DNA of 64,000 nucleotides from assembly GCA_001899635.1 (NCBI GenBank), contig MKVQ01000029.1, forward strand, positions 15,208 to 79,207, given 5' to 3'. The position numbers and the translations under genes are program-made. Shown one piece after another: positions 9,445-18,423 of this stretch. The notes below the pieces were generated by a model, which made no database searches, was not told the DNA's origin, and saw nothing but the letters and a program-made list of their open reading frames with translations. This stretch comes from Myxococcales bacterium 68-20. Lineage in GTDB: Bacteria > Myxococcota_A > Polyangia > Polyangiales > Polyangiaceae. Numbering within the stretch: position 1 is the stretch's first letter; each line of letters starts with the position of its first letter.

Positions 9445-10314
9445 ATGCGCCCGAGCTCCCACGGCTCCCTCCCGACGTTCAATGCGCTGGCAGGCGCAGC
9501 GGATGACGCGATCGACCTCGCGCTCGGAGCCGCGCTCATCGCCAAGGACGTCTATGGCGATCTCGACGTCCGCGAGCTCGTGCATCGCTTCGATGCGCTC
9601 GCCGGACCGCTGAACGGCGGCGCCCTCGCCGGACTTCCGCTCGCAGAGCAGGCCGAAGCCGTGAGCGCGCGCTTTCGCGACCTCGGCTTCCGCGGGAACG
9701 TCGAGGACTACTACGACGCCAGGAACAGCCTCCTGCCCGACGTGCTCGATCGTCGAACGGGGATCCCGATCACGCTCACGCTCGTCTGGTGCGAGATCGC
9801 TCGGCGCGCGGGCGTCTACGCCCGCGGCGTCGGCTTCCCGGGCCACTTCCTCGCGCGTGTCGACGGCAGCAGCCCAGGCCCGCGCAGCGTGATCGAGAGC
9901 GCGCCCGTCATCGTCGATCCGTTCGCGGGCGGCCGTGTCGTGAACGACGACGACGCCCGCGCGCTCCTCGAGCGGACGCTCGGCGCGGGCGCCGTGGTCC
10001 GTCCCTCGCTCTTCGCGCCCGCCACTCCACGCGCAACGCTCGTCCGCATGCTGACGAACCTGAAGGCCGTCTGGGCCGGCCGAGGCGAGCACACGAAGGC
10101 CTTCGTAGCCATCGATCGGATCGTCGCGCTCGTACCCGACTCGGCACCGATGCTCCGTGAGCGCGCCGGCGTCGCCCTCCGCCTCGGGATCCACGAGCTC
10201 GCGCGCACGGACCTGAAGCGCGTCCTCGAGCTCGAGCCCAACGCCCCGGACGCGCCGGCGATCCAACAGCGGATCGTTACGCTCCGCACGAGCGTCAGGT
10301 CGGCTCCGAACTGA
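9445..10314 (+). CDS. SirB1/YchA-like transglutaminase-fold plus TPR protein (UPF0162 family)
   Basis: YYDARNSLLPDVLDRRTGIPITLTLVWCEIARRAGVYARGVGFPGHFLARV, followed by a C-terminal TPR-like segment (..DLKRVLELEPNAPDA..). Confidence 0.7.
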   Translation: MRPSSHGSLPTFNALAGAADDAIDLALGAALIAKDVYGDLDVRELVHRFDALAGPLNGGALAGLPLAEQAEAVSARFRDLGFRGNVEDYYDARNSLLPDVLDRRTGIPITLTLVWCEIARRAGVYARGVGFPGHFLARVDGSSPGPRSVIESAPVIVDPFAGGRVVNDDDARALLERTLGAGAVVRPSLFAPATPRATLVRMLTNLKAVWAGRGEHTKAFVAIDRIVALVPDSAPMLRERAGVALRLGIHELARTDLKRVLELEPNAPDAPAIQQRIVTLRTSVRSAPN

Positions 10315-10321
10315 CCGGCCG

Positions 10322-10367
10322 ACAAAAAGGAACGTGCCCCGACCGCGCATCGCGCAGACGGGGCACG
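10322..10367 (-). terminator. rho-independent terminator for the TRL lipoprotein genes (also closes the convergent plus-strand gene)
   Basis: A 9-bp stem cgtgccccg (10333-10341) / cggggcacg (10359-10367). On the minus strand the hairpin is followed by TTCCTTTTTG (10322-10332). Confidence 0.55.
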
Positions 10368-10400
10368 CTTCATCGCCTGCGCGTCAGCGCAAGCGAGACG

Positions 10401-11093
10401 AGATCACTTGCCGTGAACCTCGGTGCAACCCTGGGTGTAGAGGCCCAGGATGCTGCTGCCGTGGAACTCGACCGAGTGGACCTCGGTGATGCCGCCGGCC
10501 TTCTTGGCCGCGTCGAGCGACGCGTCACCGAACGCCGCCGCGCCGAGGATGCCCGTCGCGCAGGCCTCGCCCGACTTGTCGCCGGTCTTGCCCGGGCCCG
10601 ACGTCTCGTTGCGGTTGATGCCGTGCGGCACCTGCGTCCCGGTGTAGAGCGAGCCGATCGGGTAGCCGTAGCCGCCGCAACCGATCACGATCATCGCCAT
10701 GGCCGCGCCCGTCGCGAGCTTCACAAGCTTGATGGTCGACATGTGCATGCTCCTTCGAGAGCTGCTCACTCGGAGCCAGCGTTAGCTGGCCCCGAGATGA
10801 AGCTCACTTGCCGTGAACCTCGGTGCAGCCCTGGGTGTAGATGCCCAGGATGCTGGTGCCGTGGAACTCGACCGAGTGGATCTCGGTGATGCCGCCGGCC
10901 TTCTTGGCCGCGTCGAGCGACGCGTCGCCGAACGCCGCCGCGCCGAGGATGCCCGTCGCGCAGGCCTCGCCCGACTTCTCGCCGGTCTTGCCCGGGCCCG
11001 ACGTCTCGTTGCGGTTGATGCCGTGCGGCACCTGCGTGCCGGTGTAGAGCGAGCCGATCGGGTAGCCGAAGCCGCCGCAGCCGATGAGGATGA
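10401..11093. repeat. tandem gene duplication, ~290 bp near-identical segments at exactly 400-bp offset
   Basis: 10401-10693 matches 10801-11093 with about 9 mismatches by eye (for example 10428 a/g, 10442 g/t, 10456 c/g, 10481 c/t). Similarity collapses in the signal-peptide-encoding 5' ends. Confidence 0.9.
10404..10742 (-). CDS. TRL-like family lipoprotein (copy A)
   Basis: MSTIKLVKLATGAAMAMIVIGCGG (lipobox) followed by YGYPIGSLYTGTQVPHGINRNETSGPGKTGDKSGEACATGILGAAAFGDASLDAAKKAGGITEVHSVEF...GCTEVHGK. The RBS gaaggag precedes ATG at 10742. Confidence 0.75.
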   Translation of the reverse strand: MSTIKLVKLATGAAMAMIVIGCGGYGYPIGSLYTGTQVPHGINRNETSGPGKTGDKSGEACATGILGAAAFGDASLDAAKKAGGITEVHSVEFHGSSILGLYTQGCTEVHGK

Positions 11094-11142
11094 ACGCCAT
11101 CACGCCGCCAGCCGCAATCTTGACCAAGTTCTTCGTCGACAT
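10804..11142 (-). CDS. TRL-like family lipoprotein (copy B)
   Basis: MSTKNLVKIAAGGVMAFILIGCGG followed by a mature part nearly identical to copy A. The RBS gggagg precedes ATG at 11142. The track ORF start at 11286 was rejected because that extension has no signal peptide. Confidence 0.75.
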   Translation of the reverse strand: MSTKNLVKIAAGGVMAFILIGCGGFGYPIGSLYTGTQVPHGINRNETSGPGKTGEKSGEACATGILGAAAFGDASLDAAKKAGGITEIHSVEFHGTSILGIYTQGCTEVHGK

Positions 11143-11310
11143 CTGAGCCTCCCAGGAGGATGTTGGTACTGCTTGGTTCTGAGTCTGGAATCCGCAGCGC
11201 CAACCGCTCGCACGGAGTTCAAAGTCTTCGAGCCCCACCCATCGAAGGTGAAGGGCGTGAATACACACCGCCGCCCTAGAGATCAATCACCCATCTGCGG
11301 TCTTGCCGCA

Positions 11311-12102
11311 TCACTGCGGTGTGGGCCCCCCGGGGAACGGCGACTTGGGCCGCGTCTGATCGAATCGGAACCCAATCGTTACGCCCCGGATCAAATAGTC
11401 TGGGCCAAACCATCGCCACAAGTATTCGGAGTGCGCCTTTATGTCCAGGCGGATCTGCCCCACGTGAACGCCGAAGCCTGCGGCGACCCCGGGGGAGAGC
11501 ATCTGGATACTCGGCTCGCCGTGAAAAATGTCCGCAGTCAGCACGCTTAGCCGCAGTCGGACCTCGGGCTCGAACGGTCCGATCTTCAGACCGCCCCCGA
11601 GCTCCTGGTGGAAGAGCGACCAGGCGAAGGACTTGTCGTCGACGATCCGGAAGAGCGTCTTCAGGTGGCCCACGAGGAAGAACGGACCTCGCAGCGAGGG
11701 CGTCGTGTAGACGGTGCCGAGGCCGATCTCGCCGGCAAGCGGAGCGCCCCGCTCGAAGTTCTTGCGCTGCGTGATCGGCGTCTCGTCCTGCACCCGCCTC
11801 GCCCAGATCGGCCCGACGTCGAGCTGCAGCGACACGATCGACTTCCGCGAGTCGAACAGCTTCACCGAGCGATGGCTCTCCGTCGGCGCCCGCCCGCTCT
11901 CGGGCGAGTTCGTGACCTCCGGGCGTCCCCACGACGGACCGGCCGTCGCGCCACCGGGGCCGGCGCCCCCGATGCCCATGTCCTGTGCAGACGCGGGGGG
12001 CGCCACGGCGATCGCCGCGGACGCCGCGAGGCTGGCGGCGGCGAGTCGGACGACCGAGCGAGCAGCCGGGAAAACACGGGACTTGGAGGGCGACATCGTC
12101 AT
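11311..12102 (-). CDS. secreted beta-rich hypothetical protein (possible outer-membrane barrel)
   Basis: The signal peptide is ..AASLAASAAIAVAPPASA/QD. The C-terminal 200 aa show alternating hydrophobic strands (LRLSVLTADIF, VAAGFGVHVGQIRLDIKA, IRGVTIGFRFD). The ATG overlaps the upstream stop (ATGA at 12099-12102). Confidence 0.55.
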   Translation of the reverse strand: MTMSPSKSRVFPAARSVVRLAAASLAASAAIAVAPPASAQDMGIGGAGPGGATAGPSWGRPEVTNSPESGRAPTESHRSVKLFDSRKSIVSLQLDVGPIWARRVQDETPITQRKNFERGAPLAGEIGLGTVYTTPSLRGPFFLVGHLKTLFRIVDDKSFAWSLFHQELGGGLKIGPFEPEVRLRLSVLTADIFHGEPSIQMLSPGVAAGFGVHVGQIRLDIKAHSEYLWRWFGPDYLIRGVTIGFRFDQTRPKSPFPGGPTPQ

Positions 12103-13100
12103 TGCGCAGCCACCGGAGGCGTGTCTCCCGGCTTCGGCGCGGGCGCCGTGGCGGGGAACGGACCGAACGAGTCCGCGGCGAGCTTGCGGACGGCCGCTTC
12201 GATCCGCGGGTCACCCGGCTCCGGCGGGTTCGGATCGTTGTCGAAGAGGTGCCCTGCGCGCGCGGCGAAGGCGCTGATCTCGGGCCGCACGTCGACGCGA
12301 CCGTTGCCGTCGATCGACAGCATGAACCCCATGCGCTGATCCATCGTGAAGCGGCGATGGAGCTCGCGTTTCGCCTCGAAGTACGACCATGCGGCCGTGC
12401 GCGTGTGAAACTGACCGAGGGCGCCGACGTAGCGAGCCGGATCGGCGAAGAGGCCCGCGGGCAGCGCCTCGCCCGGAGGGACGCCGAGCCACTTCATCCC
12501 CTCGATGATGGAGGGGTTCGGGTTCGACGGTTCGGGCTTGATCACCGGTCCGCCCGCGCTCTCGATCGCCATCGCCACGAGCTCGGAGCAGAACAGCTTC
12601 GAGTGGTCGTTGAAGTCGAAGTACGAGTCGAACTCCGCGCCTTCCTTGTATTTTTGGCGCACGAAGGCGGCGATCTTCTCGCCGTCGGCGCCCGCGGGCG
12701 GGTCGTAGATCTCGGCGTAGAGGTTCGGCGCGACGTACTCGAACAGGCGCCGCCGGTACATCTTGCCGGTGACGTTGTCCATGAGGCGCTTCTTGAACGG
12801 GAAGGTCTTCACCTCACCGGTCACGTCGTAGACCCACGGCTCGCCGTCCTCGACGCTGATCACCGCGACGTGCGTGAACGCGTAGAACTTCTTCGGAATG
12901 AGAACGAAGACGTAGCTCGTCGCGTCCGGCGACTCGGTGAGCACGATCTGGCCCGACTTGATCGGCAGGCCGTTGTAGGTCGGCTTGTGCGCCCCCTCGT
13001 CGGTCTTCGCTCCGAGCACACGGACGGGTGGCAGGCTCATGGTGCCGCAGCCAGCGACACCAAGCGCCATCAGCGCGATCACGGCGCGCGCAAGCTTCAT
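12099..13100 (-). CDS. lipoprotein with YiiX-type permuted papain-like (NlpC/P60 superfamily, DUF830-like) hydrolase domain
   Basis: The internal start is at 13100 (MKLARAVIALMALGVAGC lipobox). Motifs are SGQIVL..FTHVAVISVEDGEPWVYDVTGE...DFNDHSKLFCSELVAMAIESAG, an order (His before Cys) typical of the permuted YiiX family. The upstream 97 codons of the track ORF are Arg-rich junk. Confidence 0.7.
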   Translation of the reverse strand: MKLARAVIALMALGVAGCGTMSLPPVRVLGAKTDEGAHKPTYNGLPIKSGQIVLTESPDATSYVFVLIPKKFYAFTHVAVISVEDGEPWVYDVTGEVKTFPFKKRLMDNVTGKMYRRRLFEYVAPNLYAEIYDPPAGADGEKIAAFVRQKYKEGAEFDSYFDFNDHSKLFCSELVAMAIESAGGPVIKPEPSNPNPSIIEGMKWLGVPPGEALPAGLFADPARYVGALGQFHTRTAAWSYFEAKRELHRRFTMDQRMGFMLSIDGNGRVDVRPEISAFAARAGHLFDNDPNPPEPGDPRIEAAVRKLAADSFGPFPATAPAPKPGDTPPVAAQ

Positions 13101-13387
13101 ACGGCACCTCCGTCGGCGCCGGTCGAGACGGGCGCGACATCGCCGTCCGTCGAGGCCGGCGGGGTGGCCACGCCGCCGTCGGCGGCAGGCTCGGTGGTCA
13201 CGGCCGTCGCTGCCGCCTTCGGCGCGGGCGGATCTTCGACGGGCGGAGCCGATCCGTGGCGGCCGGGTCGATAGTTGGAGCGGTCGGCCGCACCAGGTCC
13301 GGCGAACTCGGCACGGATTCCGTCGGGGACATCGACACATCCCGCCGCGAGGAGAAGGATCGCGATGAAGCTGCGCCGCATACGCAT
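13097..13387 (-). CDS. small lipoprotein, Pro/Ala/Gly-rich (probably disordered)
   Basis: MRMRRSFIAILLLAAGC lipobox. The stop overlaps the next start (ATGA at 13097-13100). This is the first gene of a three-gene run. Confidence 0.5.
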   Translation of the reverse strand: MRMRRSFIAILLLAAGCVDVPDGIRAEFAGPGAADRSNYRPGRHGSAPPVEDPPAPKAAATAVTTEPAADGGVATPPASTDGDVAPVSTGADGGAV

Positions 13388-13453
13388 TCACGTTGCGTCT
13401 ACATCGAAAGATCCGCGGTTGGCTACCTCTTTTGGACTATGTAGGAGGGCGGT

Positions 13454-14158
13454 ATGGGAGAGCTCCCGAGCGGGTGCCGTCGCAGACGGGCGTGTGCCCT
13501 CGGCGTCGCGCTCCTCTTTTTCTTCGTGTCGCGACCGGCGGGCGCGCAGCTCCACTGGGACGCATCGGCTCAGCTTGGTGTCATGAAGCGCTTCGTCGCG
13601 AGCCGGCCCGCGGGGACGGAGGACGCGGGCTTCGGACCGACCGGCCAGCTCACGGGTCACCTCGCCCTCCTGCCGCTCGTCCATGTCGGCGGTTACGTCG
13701 GCCACGACATCTCGCCCGCGCCCGGGGACGCCGCCGCGAGGCAGATCACGTTTGCCGGCGGCCGGGTGAAGGGGATGCTCCCTTGGGTCCGCGGCTCGTT
13801 CCGCTCCTGGATCTTCGCGGGCTTCGGCTACGCGCGCGTCTACGCGCCGAGCTACGAGTCGACCTTCACGATCGTCGACGGCGAGGGCACGAGCGCGCGC
13901 CGGCCCGTAGTCGTCCAGGGCGCAGGAGGCGGCTTCTTCGACGTGCCGTTCGGGATAGGTGCATCCTACAAGCTATTCAAGCCCTGGGAGCTGTGCGCCG
14001 AGCTCGGCGCTCGGGCCGGCTTCGGACACACCGGCAGCGTTTACGAGGCCCCCGGCCCAGCCGTCCGGGTGGAGGACTCCGCAAGACAGCGAGTGTCACC
14101 GGCTGGGCTCGATCGGTTCGCGCTTGGGCTGACCGTCGGGGTCATGATCGACCTGTGA
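13454..14158 (+). CDS. secreted beta-barrel-like hypothetical protein
   Basis: The signal peptide is ACALGVALLFFFVSRPAGA/QL. Amphipathic strands are repeated (WIFAGFGYARVY, FFDVPFGIGASYKLF) and the C-terminus is FALGLTVGVMIDL. It lies divergent, 66 bp from the 13387 gene. Confidence 0.55.
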   Translation: MGELPSGCRRRRACALGVALLFFFVSRPAGAQLHWDASAQLGVMKRFVASRPAGTEDAGFGPTGQLTGHLALLPLVHVGGYVGHDISPAPGDAAARQITFAGGRVKGMLPWVRGSFRSWIFAGFGYARVYAPSYESTFTIVDGEGTSARRPVVVQGAGGGFFDVPFGIGASYKLFKPWELCAELGARAGFGHTGSVYEAPGPAVRVEDSARQRVSPAGLDRFALGLTVGVMIDL

Positions 14159-14412
14159 CGCTGCCCCAGCGACGCTCGCGACGCTCCATGAGCGCTCGGA
14201 GCTGGGCTTTTTCCCCCTCGTCCACGCCCGCCGCCCGGTCTGGTCGAGCAGCGCGAAACTCGCGATCGTGGTCCTTCGCGCGAGCGTAGGAGAATGAGAC
14301 AGTTCCTCCCTCTCTCTTCCCGGGCGACGGCATGCTAGCTTACGTTCGCTATTCGCCGCTCCTTCTTCGGTTCCTGTCCGGCGTGAGCCCGTTCCCAATC
14401 TGATCATGTCCG

Positions 14413-16419
14413 ATGGCAGGCCCAGCTGACGACAAGCCGAATGCGCCCACGGCGGCGAAAGGCGTGACCCCCAAGGCCAGCGTTCGACCGCCTGCCAAGG
14501 CGGGTCCGAAGTCGCTCATCGGCAGCACGATCAGCGATCGCTACAAGATCGAGCGCCTCCTCGGTGAGGGCGGCATGGGCGCGGTGTACCAGGCCGAGCA
14601 CACGCTCATGCGCAAGCGCATGGCGATCAAGGTGCTCCACCCGGAGATGACCCGCCAGCCGGAGGTCGTCGCGCGCTTCGAGCGGGAAGCGATGGCAGCG
14701 GCGCACATCGATCATCCGCACGTCGTCACGGCGACGGACTTCGGCAAGCTCGAGGACGGCTCGTTCTTCCTCGCGCTCGAGTTCGTGGAGGGCAAGAGCC
14801 TCCGTGAGGTGATCGCCCCCGGGCGGCTCGAGCTCGGACGAGCGCTCCATATCGCGCGCCAGATCGCTGCCGCGCTGTCTCGCGCACACACGCTCAAGAT
14901 CGTCCATCGCGACCTGAAGCCCGAGAACGTCATGCTCGTCGAGCGTGAGGGCGATCCGGACTTCGTGAAGGTCCTCGACTTCGGGATCGCGAAGGTCCAG
15001 ATCGGCGAGCTCACCGCAGGCGACGTCGGTCAGGCGGGCCCGGGGCAACCCGTGCTCACGCAGGCGGGCATGGTCTACGGGACGCCCGAGTACATGGCGC
15101 CGGAGCAGGCGCTCGGTCAGCCCGTCGACGCGCGCGCGGACCTCTACGCGCTCGGCTGCATCACCTACGAGATGCTCTGCGGCGTGCGTCCGTTCGACGC
15201 CGAGAGCAAGGTCGCGCTGCTCGGGATGCAGGTCACCGCACCGGTACCGCCGATGGCGACGAAGGCGCCCGACGCGAACATCCCGCCCGAGGTCGAGGCG
15301 TTCGTGAAGCGCCTCCTCGCCAAGGAGGCCTCGGAGCGCCTCGGCGATGCACGCGAGCTCATCGAAGGCATCACCGCGGTCATGATCCAGCTCGTGGCGA
15401 TGGGGAGGATCGACCCCGCCTACGCGCCGCCGCCCGCCTCCCGCCTGGGGACGAACCCGGCGATCCCGAGCGGCTTCGGACCGGTCCCCGTGCTCGAAGG
15501 GGTGCAGGCGTCGCCGAATACGGGCGCGGTCCCGCCCAAGCCCGGCGGAGGCATCCTCGCGGGCAAGGCCTGGATGATCGCCGCTGCAGGCGGACTGATC
15601 GGCATCCTCGTGCTCGTCGCAACGATCCTGATCGTGCTGAAGGGCCACGAGCCCTCGACCGACGGTGAGGGCGGCATCGCGACGGCAGACGACTCCGGCG
15701 CGACCGTGCTCCTTCCGCCGACGTCGGCCGATCAGAAGATCAAAGAGGCGATCGCCCAGATCGACAGCGGCAACTACGGCACCGGTATCGAGGTCCTCGA
15801 AGGCGTCGGCCCCGATGCGCAGGGCCGCGAGGACGTGCATCGGGCGCTCTTCACCGCGTACACCAAGACCGGTCGCCCGGTCGAGGCGATGCGCGAGGTC
15901 GGCCTCGTGATGAAGGCCAACCCCGACATCGATCTCCTGACCCCGAGCAACATCGTGCTCCGCCAGGAGGTCCGCAACACCGCCCTCCTCGAGGGGCAAC
16001 CCTCGGCGAACAAGGCCGCGGTCGAAGAGGCCTGGACTCTCCTCACCAAGCACCTCGGCTACGTCGGCCTCGATGACCTCTACGACATCGCCCACGGCCG
16101 ATCCGGAATGACTCCCGGCTACCAGAAGGCGCGCGACCGCGGCCAGCGCGAGATCGCGAAGGCGGATCGCTCGAAGATGAGCCCCGCGCTCGCCGTGACC
16201 GTCGAGCTCCACGCCGCACACAACAGCTGCGGCGCGATCAAAGCGCTCCTCGAGCGCGCCGCCGAGAAGGGCGACGAGCGAACGCTCGCCGTGCTCAAGC
16301 CGCTCACCGCGCCGCGTCTGCAGGGCCACTGGAAGAAGCAGGACCTCTTGGCCTGCATCCACGAAGGCTCGCTCAAGCAGGCGATCGCCGACCTCGACGC
16401 GCGCCTTCGCAAGAAGTAG
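14413..16419 (+). CDS. Hanks-type serine/threonine protein kinase, single TM, C-terminal extracytoplasmic helical (TPR-like) domain
   Basis: GEGGMGAVY, AIKVL, HRDLKPEN, DFGIAK and YMAPEQ. The TM segment is AWMIAAAGGLIGILVLVATILIVL. Confidence 0.9.
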   Translation: MAGPADDKPNAPTAAKGVTPKASVRPPAKAGPKSLIGSTISDRYKIERLLGEGGMGAVYQAEHTLMRKRMAIKVLHPEMTRQPEVVARFEREAMAAAHIDHPHVVTATDFGKLEDGSFFLALEFVEGKSLREVIAPGRLELGRALHIARQIAAALSRAHTLKIVHRDLKPENVMLVEREGDPDFVKVLDFGIAKVQIGELTAGDVGQAGPGQPVLTQAGMVYGTPEYMAPEQALGQPVDARADLYALGCITYEMLCGVRPFDAESKVALLGMQVTAPVPPMATKAPDANIPPEVEAFVKRLLAKEASERLGDARELIEGITAVMIQLVAMGRIDPAYAPPPASRLGTNPAIPSGFGPVPVLEGVQASPNTGAVPPKPGGGILAGKAWMIAAAGGLIGILVLVATILIVLKGHEPSTDGEGGIATADDSGATVLLPPTSADQKIKEAIAQIDSGNYGTGIEVLEGVGPDAQGREDVHRALFTAYTKTGRPVEAMREVGLVMKANPDIDLLTPSNIVLRQEVRNTALLEGQPSANKAAVEEAWTLLTKHLGYVGLDDLYDIAHGRSGMTPGYQKARDRGQREIAKADRSKMSPALAVTVELHAAHNSCGAIKALLERAAEKGDERTLAVLKPLTAPRLQGHWKKQDLLACIHEGSLKQAIADLDARLRKK

Positions 16420-16491
16420 CGGCGCGCGTCAGAGACCGAAGCGCGCCTTCGCAAGAAGTAGCGGCGCGCGTCAGAGACCGAAGCGCGCCTT
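16399..16491. repeat. perfect 42-bp tandem duplication (2.2 copies) spanning both stop codons of convergent genes
   Basis: gcgcgccttcgcaagaagtagcggcgcgcgtcagagaccgaa occurs at 16399-16440 and again at 16441-16482. A third copy of gcgcgcctt follows at 16483-16491. Confidence 0.95.
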
Positions 16492-17427
16492 GTCCTTCGC
16501 GACGAAGGCGACGTAGTCCTCGCTCGGCAGCCGCTCGTCGATCTCGCCCTTCGCGATTGCCTCTTCGAGCAGCTTCTTGATCTCGCCGATCTTGCGCGAC
16601 GGCGGGATCCCGAACGCCTTCATCACCGCGTCGCCGACGCCCGAGGGGAGCGGAGGGAGCTTCGCGTCCTCGGCGGCGAGCGAGGTGATGCGGCCGGCGA
16701 GCTCTTCGATCTGGTTCAGTCCCTTGCGCTTCTTCTCGGGGCGCTTGGTTGTGATGTCCGCGCGCGCGAGGCAGAGCAGATCGTCGAGGTGGGCGCCGAG
16801 CTCGCGTGCGAAGCGGCGCACGGCGCTGTCGGTCCAGCCCGGGTCGTACTGGTTCGCGCGCAGGTGATGGAGGACGAGGAAGCGCACCGTGTCGCGGAGC
16901 GACGGGTCCGGTGAGAACATCCCGAGGCGCCGCTCCAGCTTGTCGAACATGCGCGTCCCGACCTCGGCGTGCCCGAGGAAGTGGACCTTGCCGTTCGGAT
17001 CGATCGAGCGGGTCTTCACCTTGCCGATGTCATGGAAGAGCGAAGCCCAGCGTACCTCGAGGCGCGGCACGGCCTGACGCACGACCTGCTTGGTGTGCTT
17101 CCAGACGTCCTTGTGGCGCCACTCGCCGTCGCCGAACCCGACCATCGCGTGGACCTCGGGGAAGACGACGCGAAGGACGCCAGCATCGAGCAGGACATCG
17201 AGGCCGAGCTCGGGATCCTCGCCCATGACGACGCGATCGAGCTTGGCGCGGACCACCTTCGGATGGGCCTGGAGCGCGGCACGCACGTCTTCGAGGTGGA
17301 CGGCCTGTACCATCTGGACGAGGCGGCCCTTTTCCGCGGCGACCGCCGCGAGCTCGATCGCGTCCATGGCGCGGTCGATGTTGCTCGGGTTGGGCGTGGA
17401 GGGAACGTTGGAGGGCATCTCGGGCAT
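16471..17427 (-). CDS. HD-domain protein related to the C-terminal half of CCA-adding enzyme / poly(A) polymerase family
   Basis: HKDVWKHTKQVV...LFHDIGK...FLGHAEVG...LVLHHLR and ARADITTKRP. The start is placed at ATG 17427 (MPEMPSN); the longer 17529 start is possible. Confidence 0.8.
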   Translation of the reverse strand: MPEMPSNVPSTPNPSNIDRAMDAIELAAVAAEKGRLVQMVQAVHLEDVRAALQAHPKVVRAKLDRVVMGEDPELGLDVLLDAGVLRVVFPEVHAMVGFGDGEWRHKDVWKHTKQVVRQAVPRLEVRWASLFHDIGKVKTRSIDPNGKVHFLGHAEVGTRMFDKLERRLGMFSPDPSLRDTVRFLVLHHLRANQYDPGWTDSAVRRFARELGAHLDDLLCLARADITTKRPEKKRKGLNQIEELAGRITSLAAEDAKLPPLPSGVGDAVMKAFGIPPSRKIGEIKKLLEEAIAKGEIDERLPSEDYVAFVAKDKARFGL

Positions 17428-17711
17428 GAGGGAACTTCGGCCGACGTGAAGGGTCGCGCTCCTTAGCATGAGGCCGCACGGGTGGAAAAGCGCCCTCACA
17501 TACCTTTCGGCACACGAGAGCGCTCTCATTCATAGCGTTCCGACCTTGGTTCTCCGAGGTCTAGGCGACGAATCCACGTCACGCTTCGGCCCCGATCTTC
17601 GATCGAAGTCCGAGCGAACAAGCGCGGCCATCGCCGCACTGTTCCTTGAGACGGAAAGGTAGCGCGAGTTGATGTCGACTTCCGAAACGGCAGGGCTATT
17701 TGTCGATCAAG

Positions 17712-18398
<687 letters not shown>

Positions 18399-18423
18399 CG
18401 GATCGCCACGTCCGGGGCGGCAC

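Noticed and set aside
14164-14212. Possible terminator cccagc...gctggg followed by cttttt after the 13454-14158 gene
   Set aside because: It has only a 6-bp stem with a 30-nt poorly paired interior, which is not strong enough to list as a feature.
14404-16362. 652-aa minus ORF opposite the Ser/Thr kinase, and similarly 45249-46919, 42085-44109 and 19459-21351 on the minus strand
   Set aside because: These are shadow ORFs antisense to genes with clear kinase, cyclase, FAD or dioxygenase motifs, with biased Arg/Asp/His composition.
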